DNA of 64,000 nt from positions 4,512,001-4,576,000 of the forward strand of contig OZ244207.1 of assembly GCA_965216875.1 (NCBI GenBank). The letters are read 5' to 3'. Source of the DNA: Rubripirellula sp. Its GTDB lineage: Bacteria > Planctomycetota > Planctomycetia > Pirellulales > Pirellulaceae. Both the position numbers and the translations under genes were made by a program. Shown piece after piece: positions 29,047 through 38,425 of this stretch (within the stretch, counting starts at the first letter, position 1; every line of letters starts with the position of its first letter). Under the pieces are notes generated by a model. It was not told the DNA's origin. It was given only the letters and a program-made list of their open reading frames with translations, and made no database searches.

Positions 29047-32000
29047 ATGCCGTCATTGAAACGATTCCGGCAAATGATCTTTTTGCCGGTTGCTTTGGTC
29101 GCGTTCTCGCCGTCCGTCACGGCTCATGCTCAAGGCGAACCCGCTGCCGATTTCCTCAAGCGGCTCCGAGCAGCGGGCTACTACGACATCGCGATCACCT
29201 ATCTCGACCGTCTCGGCGAATACCCGGGCGTCGATCCCGAGTTGAAATCGGCGTCGTCTCTTGAAAAGGCGCGGACCTATATCGACGCGGCTGTCGATAC
29301 GCGCACATCGAGCAAACGTGATGACTTCTTTGTCAAAGCCGAAGCGGCACTCAAAGACTTCCTCAAGCAATCATCGCACCCACGACTTTCCGAAGCTCGC
29401 TTGCAGCTGGGTCGAATCCAGATGGTTCGCGGCGCTCAACTGACCAGCGGTGATCCTTCGCCCACCAAGAGCGAAATGGCTCGCGAATCGTACGTCGCGG
29501 CCTCCAAGACCTTCGCAACGATCCTTGCAGAACTCCGCGGCAAACTTCAGGAAATGAAGGGGGCCAAGATCGACGCTGCGAAGGAACCTGAGAAAGCAAA
29601 ACTTCGCGATCAATATCGTGGTCAGTTCCTGCAAGCCAAAGTGAGTGCCGCCGAAGCGCTTCGTCTCGCGGCGTCGACTTACAACGATCCCGCAAAAGAT
29701 GGCAAGGAACTGCTTGAATCGGCGTTGAAAGAGTTTGTCGAGCTGAGTGAAAACTACGGTGGCTACGTCCAAGGCGCCGAGGCGATGCTCAATCGTGGGC
29801 TTGTCCAAGAGACGCTGGGCAAAAAAGAAGAGGCACTCGACAGTTTCGTTCGCATGCTCGAACAACCCGATGCGGATCCACTGCGCGCGGCGAAGTATCA
29901 AGCGGCCAGCGGCGTGATCCGGTTGCGTTTGAAAGAATCGCCTCCCGGTTACCAGTCTGCGATCGAGCGAGGCCAACCTCTGGTCGACGGTTTGCGTCCC
30001 AATGAAAAACGGTTGCCCTTCGTTCAAGAACTGCGAGTGGAACTTGCCAGCGCTTACCTGGCAAAATCGAAAGACGAAAAACAAAAACAGACCGATCGCA
30101 AACGAGCCGAATCGTCTGGTCGTCAATTGCTGATCGCAGCAAGCAAGATTCCAACCGAATTCGCGGATCGCGCCAAAGACCTCCTCGGCGAGCTTGGTGT
30201 CAGCCAAGAGGAAACGATCGCCGAACTACCAACGGCAGAACCACCGGCCGATTTGGCCGACGCTTTGGAAAAGGCCAACGAATTGCTATCCGCCGGCGAG
30301 AACATCGCCGAGTCGCTCAAATTGCTGGAAGGACAAAAAGACAAAACGCCCGAGATTGCCAAGCAGATCGAGTCACTCAAAGGCGAACTTGGCAACACCC
30401 GCGTGATCGCCATCCAAATCCTGCGACAGGGCTTGGCGATGATCAATAGCGACGTTGATAACGACTTGCTGAATCAAGCCAGACAGTTCCTCGCTTACTT
30501 GCTTTACGAAGAACAAAACTATCGCGACGCGACCGTCGTGGGCGTGTTCCTTTCCAAGAACGCCCCGGGCACCGAGCTTGGCTTGCGTGGCGGCGTGATC
30601 GCTCTCAACTCGATGCGCAAAGTTCTCGAAGAGATCCCGGCAGGCGAAAACCGAAGCATGCTGATGGAGTTGGCGGACCTAGGCCAATACATGGCATCCA
30701 CCTGGCCGGACGATCCAAACGCGGCTGCAGCAAAGGGCGTGATGATCACGCTTGCGTTGGAAGACGAGCGTTGGGAGGACGCGGAAAAACTGATTGATGA
30801 AATGCCGGACGCTCCAGCCAAATGGAGCTTCCACCGATTGGTCGGACAACTGAAATGGAACGAATGGATTAAGAACCACGATAGTGGGGACGAGGCCCTG
30901 CTTGATCGTTTGCTCAAAGAGGCTCGTGGCAAACTGCAATCGGGTCTCGACGGCATCAAAATCAACGTGGTCGAACCCGAAGCCATCAAGGCCGCGTTGG
31001 TGCTTGCAAAGGTCCACTTGAAGCTTGATCAACCCGAGAAAGCAATCGCCATATTGGACCACGAGAAATATGGCCCGCTGAAACAAGCAGGACTCCACCC
31101 ACAACTGGGTAACAAGTTCACGTCCGATATGTTTGGCACGGAACTGCAAGTCGTCGTCCGGCTGATGAGCACCGAGGACGATCCCTCGGCAATGCTCAAT
31201 CGTGCAACCCAAGCGATGGACAATCTGCGTGATGCGGTCCAAGGCCCCGACGCCGAAAAACGACTCACCGGTATTTACCTTGGAATGGCTCGCGACATTC
31301 GCGAACAGATCGACAAGGCATCGCCAGCGAAAAAAGCCAAACTGATCGAGGCGTTCCGAGTCTTCCTCGAACGCGTCGCGCAAACCACCAATGAATCCTC
31401 AACACTCACATGGGTTGGTCAAACCCTTTTGGAACTTGGTCAGGCTGCGATGCGTCCCGGCCAGATCAAAGCGGAAGGCCAAGCAGCTCAGTTGATCGGA
31501 ACGGCGGGGACCACCTTTGAAACGCTACGAGCCAAAGGGGGCGACGTGCCGCTGACGGTGAACTTCCAACTCGGCAAAGCCTATCGTTTGGTCGGTCAAT
31601 ACAAACAAGCGATCGATCGCCAGGAAGAAGTGCTCAAACAAAAGCCGATGATGCTAGACGCCCAGGTCGAAGCGGCACTCGCCTACGAGCAATGGGCTGC
31701 CGTTGTGCCACCCAAATTTGCCGGCAAGGCCTATCAATCGGCGCTCAACGGCGCTCGCCCAAATCCGAACTCCAAGTCACGCGACAAAGACACGATTTGG
31801 GGATGGGGTGTGATCAGCCAACGCACTAACGGAAACCCTGCGTTTCGCGACCAGTTTTTCCTTTCGCGTTATCACGTCGCGCTGTGCCGATACAAGTGGG
31901 GCAAGGCCGACAATGATGCCAAGCTCAAAGAAAAAGCGATTTCGGACATCATGATGGTTCACGGCCTGAACCCCGATCTGGGCGGTGCCGAATCGCGAAC

Positions 32001-32082
32001 CAAGTTCGACAACCTGTTGAAAGCAATCCAAAAGGATCTCGGCAAGAAACAGGACGGACTGCCGCCAATGAAAAACAAATGA
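29047..32082 (+). CDS. large exported TPR/alpha-solenoid protein
   Basis: about 1010 aa with signal peptide (..AHA); TPR-like helices (ARLQLGRIQM, AMLNRGLVQETLG, FQLGKAYRLVGQYKQAI). Confidence 0.8.
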   Translation: MPSLKRFRQMIFLPVALVAFSPSVTAHAQGEPAADFLKRLRAAGYYDIAITYLDRLGEYPGVDPELKSASSLEKARTYIDAAVDTRTSSKRDDFFVKAEAALKDFLKQSSHPRLSEARLQLGRIQMVRGAQLTSGDPSPTKSEMARESYVAASKTFATILAELRGKLQEMKGAKIDAAKEPEKAKLRDQYRGQFLQAKVSAAEALRLAASTYNDPAKDGKELLESALKEFVELSENYGGYVQGAEAMLNRGLVQETLGKKEEALDSFVRMLEQPDADPLRAAKYQAASGVIRLRLKESPPGYQSAIERGQPLVDGLRPNEKRLPFVQELRVELASAYLAKSKDEKQKQTDRKRAESSGRQLLIAASKIPTEFADRAKDLLGELGVSQEETIAELPTAEPPADLADALEKANELLSAGENIAESLKLLEGQKDKTPEIAKQIESLKGELGNTRVIAIQILRQGLAMINSDVDNDLLNQARQFLAYLLYEEQNYRDATVVGVFLSKNAPGTELGLRGGVIALNSMRKVLEEIPAGENRSMLMELADLGQYMASTWPDDPNAAAAKGVMITLALEDERWEDAEKLIDEMPDAPAKWSFHRLVGQLKWNEWIKNHDSGDEALLDRLLKEARGKLQSGLDGIKINVVEPEAIKAALVLAKVHLKLDQPEKAIAILDHEKYGPLKQAGLHPQLGNKFTSDMFGTELQVVVRLMSTEDDPSAMLNRATQAMDNLRDAVQGPDAEKRLTGIYLGMARDIREQIDKASPAKKAKLIEAFRVFLERVAQTTNESSTLTWVGQTLLELGQAAMRPGQIKAEGQAAQLIGTAGTTFETLRAKGGDVPLTVNFQLGKAYRLVGQYKQAIDRQEEVLKQKPMMLDAQVEAALAYEQWAAVVPPKFAGKAYQSALNGARPNPNSKSRDKDTIWGWGVISQRTNGNPAFRDQFFLSRYHVALCRYKWGKADNDAKLKEKAISDIMMVHGLNPDLGGAESRTKFDNLLKAIQKDLGKKQDGLPPMKNK

Positions 32083-32150
32083 TCGTGATTCGATCATCCA
32101 TCAAGAAACAACTCTCAACCTACCTTTTCGCCTCCAATCAAACGAATCTC

Positions 32151-33170
32151 ATGCCGCAACTTCTACGCCTTGCAGTATTGGCTTGCTTTTGCACCGCCGC
32201 GTCGCACGCTTGGTCCATTGACCGCGTCTACGACATGGCGGGTGACAACGTCAGTGGAGACGTGGTGAGCACGAGCAAGAACGGACTGAAACTCAAGAAA
32301 GGAGGCAATACCCAGGACTTCGTTGCCGGGAACATCCTCAAAGTGATGTACCAGGGCGATCCGCCTCAATTGGTCAAGGCCCGCGAGTTCGCCGTGGATG
32401 GTCAATACGAACAAGCGCTCGCCGAACTCAAGAACGTCAACAAAGAGAACATCGACCGAAAAGAGGTCAACGCGGACTACCTCTTTTACACCGTCCTGTG
32501 CCAATCGAAACTCGCACTCTCTGGCAAAGGCGACAAAAAGGCTGCGGCAACCGCGATGTTCGAATTCGCGAAAGCCAACCAAGACACCTGGCACTTTTAC
32601 AATGCAATGAAGTTGCTCGGTGACCTCGCACTTGCACTTAACGACCATGCCAATGCATTGAAGTACTACAAGATCCTTGCCAGCGCGCCGTCGTCGAACA
32701 CCAAGATTGAATCGGTCTATCTCACCGGACTTGTGAATTTGAAGAAGGACGCGATCCCTGAAGCGACTGCCGACTTTGACAAAGTGATCGCGTTGCAACC
32801 GCAGTCGCCGGTTGCCGCTCGACTGCAAACACTCGCCAAAGCAGGCAAAGCAGTCGCGTTGGCTCGCGGTGGCAGCGGTGACGAAGGCCTTTCGATGGTT
32901 AAAGCGCTGATTGCTGACTTGAACCCAACCGATACCGAAATGGCCGCCCGTATCTACAACGCCCAAGGTGCCAGCTACGAAGCGAGTGGAGACAAGGAAG
33001 GTGCAATCATGGCCTACCTTCACACACACCTGATGTTTGCCACCCAACCTGATGCACACGCCGAGGCACTGACGAAATTGGCCGAACTTTGGCCACAGGT
33101 TGGCAAACCAGAACGCGCGGCCGAAGCGCGCCAAGAACTGCAGAACCGTTATCCAGGATTCAACAAGTAG
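32151..33170 (+). CDS. exported TPR protein
   Basis: signal peptide from ATG 32151 (alternative ATG 32079 overlaps the upstream stop); ARIYNAQGASY..GDKEGAIMAYL, HAEALTKLAELW. Confidence 0.8.
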   Translation: MPQLLRLAVLACFCTAASHAWSIDRVYDMAGDNVSGDVVSTSKNGLKLKKGGNTQDFVAGNILKVMYQGDPPQLVKAREFAVDGQYEQALAELKNVNKENIDRKEVNADYLFYTVLCQSKLALSGKGDKKAAATAMFEFAKANQDTWHFYNAMKLLGDLALALNDHANALKYYKILASAPSSNTKIESVYLTGLVNLKKDAIPEATADFDKVIALQPQSPVAARLQTLAKAGKAVALARGGSGDEGLSMVKALIADLNPTDTEMAARIYNAQGASYEASGDKEGAIMAYLHTHLMFATQPDAHAEALTKLAELWPQVGKPERAAEARQELQNRYPGFNK

Positions 33171-33175
33171 GTGCT

Positions 33176-33369
33176 GTAGCGACGCTCGCCAGCCGTTTCG
33201 TGAGCCGAATGCAACAGCGTTACAGATCGCTAGTGCGATTCCAGCAGCAGAAATCCTTGCCCAAGTCCACACAATTGCGCCACGATCGCGTAAGCGGCCG
33301 GGCCTTAATCGCCTTCACCCTAGCTGCGCGTCGGCAAGGGCCCGAGGCCTGACGGCCAGCGGCTCACGG
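33176..33369. repeat. composite repeat: GTAG-REP family D remnant plus ~150-bp family E element
   Basis: GTAGCGACGCTCGCCAG at 33176; about 33222-33369 is a close reverse-complement copy of about 55099-55246. Confidence 0.8.
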
Positions 33370-33440
33370 GCACTGCCCAAACTGCGCAAGAAGTTGGTTG
33401 AAGGTTTCATGCACCACATGACCTGCAATCCTGCCCAGCG

Positions 33441-33953
33441 ATGGCTTCGATGACTGCTGACGTCAATCCCTATCAGGTGACCACGGAAACGCTGGTTCGA
33501 AATCCTGCGTTGGATCCGATTCAAGCGATCCCGCGGTGGCTGCAGATCGTCGTGATCATCGTTCAAACCTTCGTCGGCTTGGCAACGCTGGCGGCGTGCA
33601 TCGACATCGAGTCGATTACGGTATCAGGCCCGATTCTGTTTTGTATCGGCCTGGTGCTACTTCTCGTCACGCGTCGCAGACGTTTCGGATTCGAATGGGT
33701 CGCGTTATGGCACACGATCTTCCCGGTCTTCATTGTTGTATTGATTTGGGTCCAGAGCTGGAGCCCCTCTGAAGCTCAGGTCCCGGTCAGTGTGATTTGC
33801 GGAATCTACGCGTTGATCATTTCACTAATGGTTCTGCGAATCCTGCGACGAAACCGTGTCGCGGTGCAGCAGCCCGATGCCAGTTTCGCCGAATCGATGA
33901 CCGTCCCCGACACATCGAGCACCGACGCATTGCCGGCGGAAGCGAGCGAATAG
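33441..33953 (+). CDS. hypothetical membrane protein (about 4 TM)
   Basis: N-terminal NPY motif followed by four hydrophobic segments. Confidence 0.7.
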   Translation: MASMTADVNPYQVTTETLVRNPALDPIQAIPRWLQIVVIIVQTFVGLATLAACIDIESITVSGPILFCIGLVLLLVTRRRRFGFEWVALWHTIFPVFIVVLIWVQSWSPSEAQVPVSVICGIYALIISLMVLRILRRNRVAVQQPDASFAESMTVPDTSSTDALPAEASE

Positions 33954-34249
33954 GAGGACTGTACGGATTTTGCGGGCGTTTTAGCTTGTCCCGGTTCGTA
34001 GTCACGCCTTCAGAAGCCATTTGGCGGAAGAGCCTGAAGATGGCCAAAGCCCGGTACGACGAACACGTGACCTACGCCATTTCAGAGTTCCGGTTTCGCG
34101 GGGGGCAAGGTGACACTTTTTTCGCGTTCGCACGATCAATGGTGGAGGATGCCAGAGTACCTTTGCTAGACTATCCTGTTCTTGAGGGATACGGGCGCTG
34201 TCCCGATTTCCTGCCTCCCCCAAAACACTTCTCTTGGAGAGCTTCGTTG

Positions 34250-35182
34250 ATGTCCGACGCTTGCGGTTCGCTCCTTCGTTTTGCAACTCGAGTTTCATCG
34301 TCCGCCGATATCCGCCAGATGCTGCGATTGACGGTGGTCATGCTTAGCTTGGTTGCAACCTTCTCGGTCGCCTCAGTTGGCTTGGCCCAAGACGACGCGG
34401 CAGCCGAATTCGGCGAGGCGGAACCAGCGCCGGCGGAAGCCGAACCTGCAGCCGATGACGGTGCTGGCGACGGTGGCGGCGACCAGCCAGCCGCGGGTAA
34501 TGGCGGAGGCAACGCCGGCGGCGGTGCTGCTCCGAAACCAAAACAAAACCTTCTCGGATGGGTGATCAGTTCACTTGGCTGGGGATACCTTGGCATTTTC
34601 CTGGCGATCTCGGTCACACTCGTTTCGTTGTTCGTGATGAACATGCTGGCCGCTCGCCGCGAAACGCTTTGCCCACAGGAATTGGTTGACACGTTCGAAG
34701 AAAAGCTGAACGAAAAAGAATTCCAAGCTGCCTACGACATGGCCCGCACCGACGAATCGGTTCTTGGCCAAGTCCTCTCGGCTGGTTTGGCAAAGCTCTC
34801 ACGTGGCTACAACAAAGCACTCGAAGGAATGCAAGAAGTTGGCGAAGAAGAGAGCATGAAGCTCGAACATCGACTCAGCTACATGGCGTTGATCGGAAAC
34901 ATCAGCCCCATGATCGGCTTGTTCGGAACGGTCCACGGGATGATCGCGGCTTTCCAAGAGATTGCTCTCGGTGGTGCAACGCCAAAGCCAGCTGAACTTG
35001 CGGAAGGGATTTCGACCGCCTTGTTTACAACCCTTGTTGGTCTGGCGATCGCGATTCCGGCGATTGCGGCCTACAACGTTTTGCGCAACCGCGTCACTCG
35101 GTTGCTTTTGGAAGTTGGCGTCACCAGTGAAAACTTGATGAGCCGCTTTGAAGACTTCCAACCTCAGGGAGCCAAGAAGTAG
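34250..35182 (+). CDS. exbB: MotA/TolQ/ExbB proton channel family protein
   Basis: ATG 34250 after GGAG; ISPMIGLFGTVHGMI, LAEGISTALFTTLVGLAIAIPA. Confidence 0.92.
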   Translation: MSDACGSLLRFATRVSSSADIRQMLRLTVVMLSLVATFSVASVGLAQDDAAAEFGEAEPAPAEAEPAADDGAGDGGGDQPAAGNGGGNAGGGAAPKPKQNLLGWVISSLGWGYLGIFLAISVTLVSLFVMNMLAARRETLCPQELVDTFEEKLNEKEFQAAYDMARTDESVLGQVLSAGLAKLSRGYNKALEGMQEVGEEESMKLEHRLSYMALIGNISPMIGLFGTVHGMIAAFQEIALGGATPKPAELAEGISTALFTTLVGLAIAIPAIAAYNVLRNRVTRLLLEVGVTSENLMSRFEDFQPQGAKK

Positions 35183-35620
35183 ATGCGCGTCAAATCGAAA
35201 GAAGTCGATTTGGCCGAAGGCGACCTGACGCCAATGATCGACATGACCTTTCAGTTGATCGCATTCTTCATGGTGCTGATCAACTTCACACAGACTGAGG
35301 CGAATGACAAAGTCAAATTGCCCAGCAGTCAGTTGGTCAAACCGCCGGAAGCTCCGCTGGAGTTTCCGATCATCCTGCACGTCGCTCGCGACGGCGCGGT
35401 CGTCCTTGGTGGAGAAGACTACACCCCCGAAACGTTGCGTGTTGGCCTGTTGCCCGAAATCCGCGTGATCACCGCACAGGGCAAAACACCGCAAGATGCC
35501 AATGTCGTCATCCGTGCACACAAGGATTGTGCGACGGGCGATGTCCAGGAAGTGATTCGAGTTGCCCAGGAGCAAAACCTCGAGAACTTTGCGCTCCGGG
35601 TGAAGGAGGACAGGTCATGA
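35183..35620 (+). CDS. exbD: ExbD/TolR family protein
   Basis: DLTPMIDMTFQLIAFFMV; VVIRAH. Confidence 0.9.
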   Translation: MRVKSKEVDLAEGDLTPMIDMTFQLIAFFMVLINFTQTEANDKVKLPSSQLVKPPEAPLEFPIILHVARDGAVVLGGEDYTPETLRVGLLPEIRVITAQGKTPQDANVVIRAHKDCATGDVQEVIRVAQEQNLENFALRVKEDRS

Positions 35621-36096
35621 GAATTCGCAACCGCGAACAAGGCCAGAAGGGCCAGTTGAACATGACCAGCATGATCGACATCGTCTTTCTGCTGCTCGTC
35701 TTCTTTGTCATGACGTTCAAGATCGTCGAGCTCGAGGGCGACTTTAGCGTCCGGATGCCGCTTGCGGGCAGCGACAACAACAGTAATGTCGATCCCACCG
35801 ACCTGCCGCTGAAATTGCGTCTGGTCGCCGATGGCGATGGCAAACTGGTCCGCATGTCGCTCAATGAGATCGATTTGGGTACCGATTTCGACCAATTGCG
35901 AGCCAATGTCGTCTCGCTGGTTGGAACCACCGCCCCGATCGAGGGTGAAGATGGCCCCGAAATCGAGATCGATACCGACTACAACCTTCGCTACGAGAAT
36001 GTGATTCGGGCGATCACCGCAGTCAGCGGGTACAAAGATGGCGAACAAGTTGTCAAACTGATCGAAAGGATCAAGTTTGCCAAACCTCGCCGATAG
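35617..36096 (+). CDS. exbD: ExbD/TolR family protein, second copy
   Basis: ATGA overlap; NMTSMIDIVFLLLVFFVMT. Confidence 0.9.
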   Translation: MRIRNREQGQKGQLNMTSMIDIVFLLLVFFVMTFKIVELEGDFSVRMPLAGSDNNSNVDPTDLPLKLRLVADGDGKLVRMSLNEIDLGTDFDQLRANVVSLVGTTAPIEGEDGPEIEIDTDYNLRYENVIRAITAVSGYKDGEQVVKLIERIKFAKPRR

Positions 36097-36102
36097 CTTT
36101 CC

Positions 36103-36693
36103 GTGATACTGCTGCTCGACAATTACGACTCGTTCGTTCACAACCTTGCCCGCTATTTGCGGCAAATCGATTGTGAAACCGTTGTCGTGCGCAGCGACCA
36201 GATCGATGTGGCAGGGTGCCGAGAACTGGCCCCCCAGGCGATCATCCTTTCCCCGGGGCCCAAACGCCCCGAACAGGCCGGCTGCTGCCTCGACGTCATT
36301 GCCGAGCTCTCTTCCAGCACACCGATGCTCGGCGTCTGCCTAGGCCACCAAGCGATTGGTATGGCCTTTGGCGGAGTCGTCCTACGGTGCGGTCCGATGC
36401 ATGGGATGTCCAGCGAGATCCATCACAACGGCGAAGACCTTTTTCAAGGTTGCCCATCGCCGATGACCGTTGCCCGCTACCACTCGCTCGCCATCGACCC
36501 GGATCATCTGCCGCAAGATCTTGAGGTGACCGCGACCACTGAGGACGGTGTCATTATGGGCGTGAGACATCGAACCCGTCCCGTTTTTGGTGTCCAGTTC
36601 CATCCTGAATCGGTCCTCACACCGCATGGGATGGCGACGCTCGACAACTTCGTTTCGATCGTCGCGTCACTGCGAGGGACGGCGGCGCTGTGA
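36103..36693 (+). CDS. pabA: aminodeoxychorismate/anthranilate synthase component II (glutamine amidotransferase)
   Basis: LDNYDSFVHNL, SPGP, GVCLGHQ, RYHSL, GVQFHPES; pabA preferred over trpG from context only. Confidence 0.85.
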   Translation: MILLLDNYDSFVHNLARYLRQIDCETVVVRSDQIDVAGCRELAPQAIILSPGPKRPEQAGCCLDVIAELSSSTPMLGVCLGHQAIGMAFGGVVLRCGPMHGMSSEIHHNGEDLFQGCPSPMTVARYHSLAIDPDHLPQDLEVTATTEDGVIMGVRHRTRPVFGVQFHPESVLTPHGMATLDNFVSIVASLRGTAAL

Positions 36694-37277
36694 TCTTGGA
36701 AACGATTGTCACATCGACCGATCAACAAGGTCGAGTCAACGTGGCGCCAATGGGGCCACGTGTCGATTCGTTTTCGGGAGACCTGCCAAACTTTGTACTG
36801 CGCCCGTTCAAGTCCTCACGCACCTACGAGAACTTACTGGCGACTCGAGAGGCGGTCATCCATTTCACTGACGACGTCAGCCTCTTTTCAAAGGCGGCCG
36901 TCGGTGCACTCACAGACGACGACATCCAACAATGCGTCGAACCGATCGCCGACACAGGGCTTTGGCGTTTGAAGGATTGCCACCGCTGGTTTGCGATTTC
37001 GGTCGATTCCATTGTCGACCAAGAATTGAAAGTCGAAATGCACTGCAAGGTAAACGACTCCCAGGCGGTGCGCCCTTGGTTTGGTTTCAACCGCGCAAAG
37101 CACGCGGTCATCGAAGCCGCGATTTTGGCGACACGAACGCATCTTCTGGATGCGGACGAGATCGAGAGCGAACTGAGCCGCCTGCAACCACTCATCGACA
37201 AGACGGCTGGCCCGGTCGAACATGATGCGTTTGAGTTCCTGAGAAAGACCATCCATGAGCGACTGGCCAACGGTTAA
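36690..37277 (+). CDS. DUF447 family protein
   Basis: MILETIVTS..NVAPMG, RPFKSSRTYENL, GFNRAKHAVIEAAILATR, IDKTAG. Confidence 0.85.
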   Translation: MILETIVTSTDQQGRVNVAPMGPRVDSFSGDLPNFVLRPFKSSRTYENLLATREAVIHFTDDVSLFSKAAVGALTDDDIQQCVEPIADTGLWRLKDCHRWFAISVDSIVDQELKVEMHCKVNDSQAVRPWFGFNRAKHAVIEAAILATRTHLLDADEIESELSRLQPLIDKTAGPVEHDAFEFLRKTIHERLANG

Positions 37278-38292
37278 AACCGATCAAGCCACAGGCAAAC
37301 GGTACCGCGTTGTGACGGGCGCCCGGCTGCATCTTGGGCTGCTCGACATTGCGTCGCCGTTTGGCGGAATCGGGCTGATGGTCGAAGATCCAGCAACGGA
37401 ACTGGTCGTAACTCCTTCTGCGACTTGGGCCTGCCGCTTCGCTGCCGCAGACGCGAGCGACCAAGCTCTCCAAGAGGACGCAGCCCAACAAGAGCCCACA
37501 ACTCAACAAGAGCTCGATGCGCGGCTGCGACCGATCGCAGCAGCCGTTGCAAAACTTGCACAACTCGACCGCCTTCCGAATTGCACACTCGAAGTGATTC
37601 GCCGCCCCCATGCTCATTGTGGTCTTGGCAGCGGGACGCAACTCGCATTGGCCGCGGCCGACCTGATGAGCCGGTACGTTGACCTCAAGCCCGACTGGCG
37701 CACCCTCGCCGTCGACATCGCGGGCCGCGGCAAGCGATCCGCCGTCGGGATCCATGGCTATTTTCATGGCGGGCTGATCTACGAAGACGCAAACGAACCT
37801 TGCGACATCAACCCGATCGTCCAACGGGTCGAACTGCCACAGCAATGGAGCATCTTGATTGCCCGCCCGCGCGAGGATGCATCGTTGGTCAGTGGAGACG
37901 CCGAACGGAAACAGTTCGCCACACTCGCGGAGACTGCCGGCCAAGCCAAGGGACAACTACAAGGAATCGCCAGGGACCAGCTCGTCCCCGCGGCCCAAGC
38001 GGGTGAATTCGATGCGTTCACTGAATCGGTCGCCCGTTACAATCACGCCAGTGGAATGCTGTTTGCATCCGTTCAAGGTGGGCCGTACCACGGATCAGCA
38101 GTCGCTCGATTGGTCGACCAGCTCAATCGAGTCGGCGGCCGCGGGGTAGGGCAGAGCAGTTGGGGTCCAGGAGTTTTCGCCTGGTTCCGATCCCTGAAAG
38201 AAGCGCAATCGGCGTCGCAAGCGATTTCAGAAACAGCCACAACGATCGCCATCACGCGACCTCAAAACGCCGGTACGTCATGCTCCGCATGA
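37255..38292 (+). CDS. mptG: beta-ribofuranosylaminobenzene 5'-phosphate synthase (GHMP kinase fold)
   Basis: ARLHLGLLD..FGGIG, HCGLGSGTQLALA, GRGKRSAVGIHGYFHGG, GQSSWGP. Confidence 0.85.
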   Translation: MSDWPTVKTDQATGKRYRVVTGARLHLGLLDIASPFGGIGLMVEDPATELVVTPSATWACRFAAADASDQALQEDAAQQEPTTQQELDARLRPIAAAVAKLAQLDRLPNCTLEVIRRPHAHCGLGSGTQLALAAADLMSRYVDLKPDWRTLAVDIAGRGKRSAVGIHGYFHGGLIYEDANEPCDINPIVQRVELPQQWSILIARPREDASLVSGDAERKQFATLAETAGQAKGQLQGIARDQLVPAAQAGEFDAFTESVARYNHASGMLFASVQGGPYHGSAVARLVDQLNRVGGRGVGQSSWGPGVFAWFRSLKEAQSASQAISETATTIAITRPQNAGTSCSA

Positions 38293-38293
38293 C
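38273..38293 (+). repeat. single family B REP copy overlapping the mptG stop codon
   Basis: GTAC-GTCATGCTCCGCATGAC, same hairpin as the 20066 array with GTAG changed to GTAC. Confidence 0.7.
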
Positions 38294-38425
38294 AATGAAC
38301 AGGTAAGACCGGCGGCTAGCGCCTTGCCGCTCACGATGTGTCGTTCTCTCATCCGTGTGATTCGTGTGATCCGTGGTTCCTTCTTTGCCACGCCCGAGCT
38401 TGCCGCTCACGGACCTTGATTGAAC

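Noticed and set aside
33100..33453. Apparent small paralogous proteins (with 55000-55251) sharing AEILAQVHT..RSRKRPGLNRLH
   Set aside because: The similarity comes from a palindromic non-coding repeat; the starts and ends are unrelated
33797..34249. N-terminal extension of ExbB (also the long extensions of the permease, pyrC, groEL and PQQ ORFs)
   Set aside because: The extensions overlap other genes or repeats and look non-coding; downstream starts fit the family N-termini or follow an SD-like sequence
36103..36693. trpG of a tryptophan operon
   Set aside because: No trp genes nearby, and coupling to mptG favours a p-aminobenzoate role; sequence alone cannot separate the two
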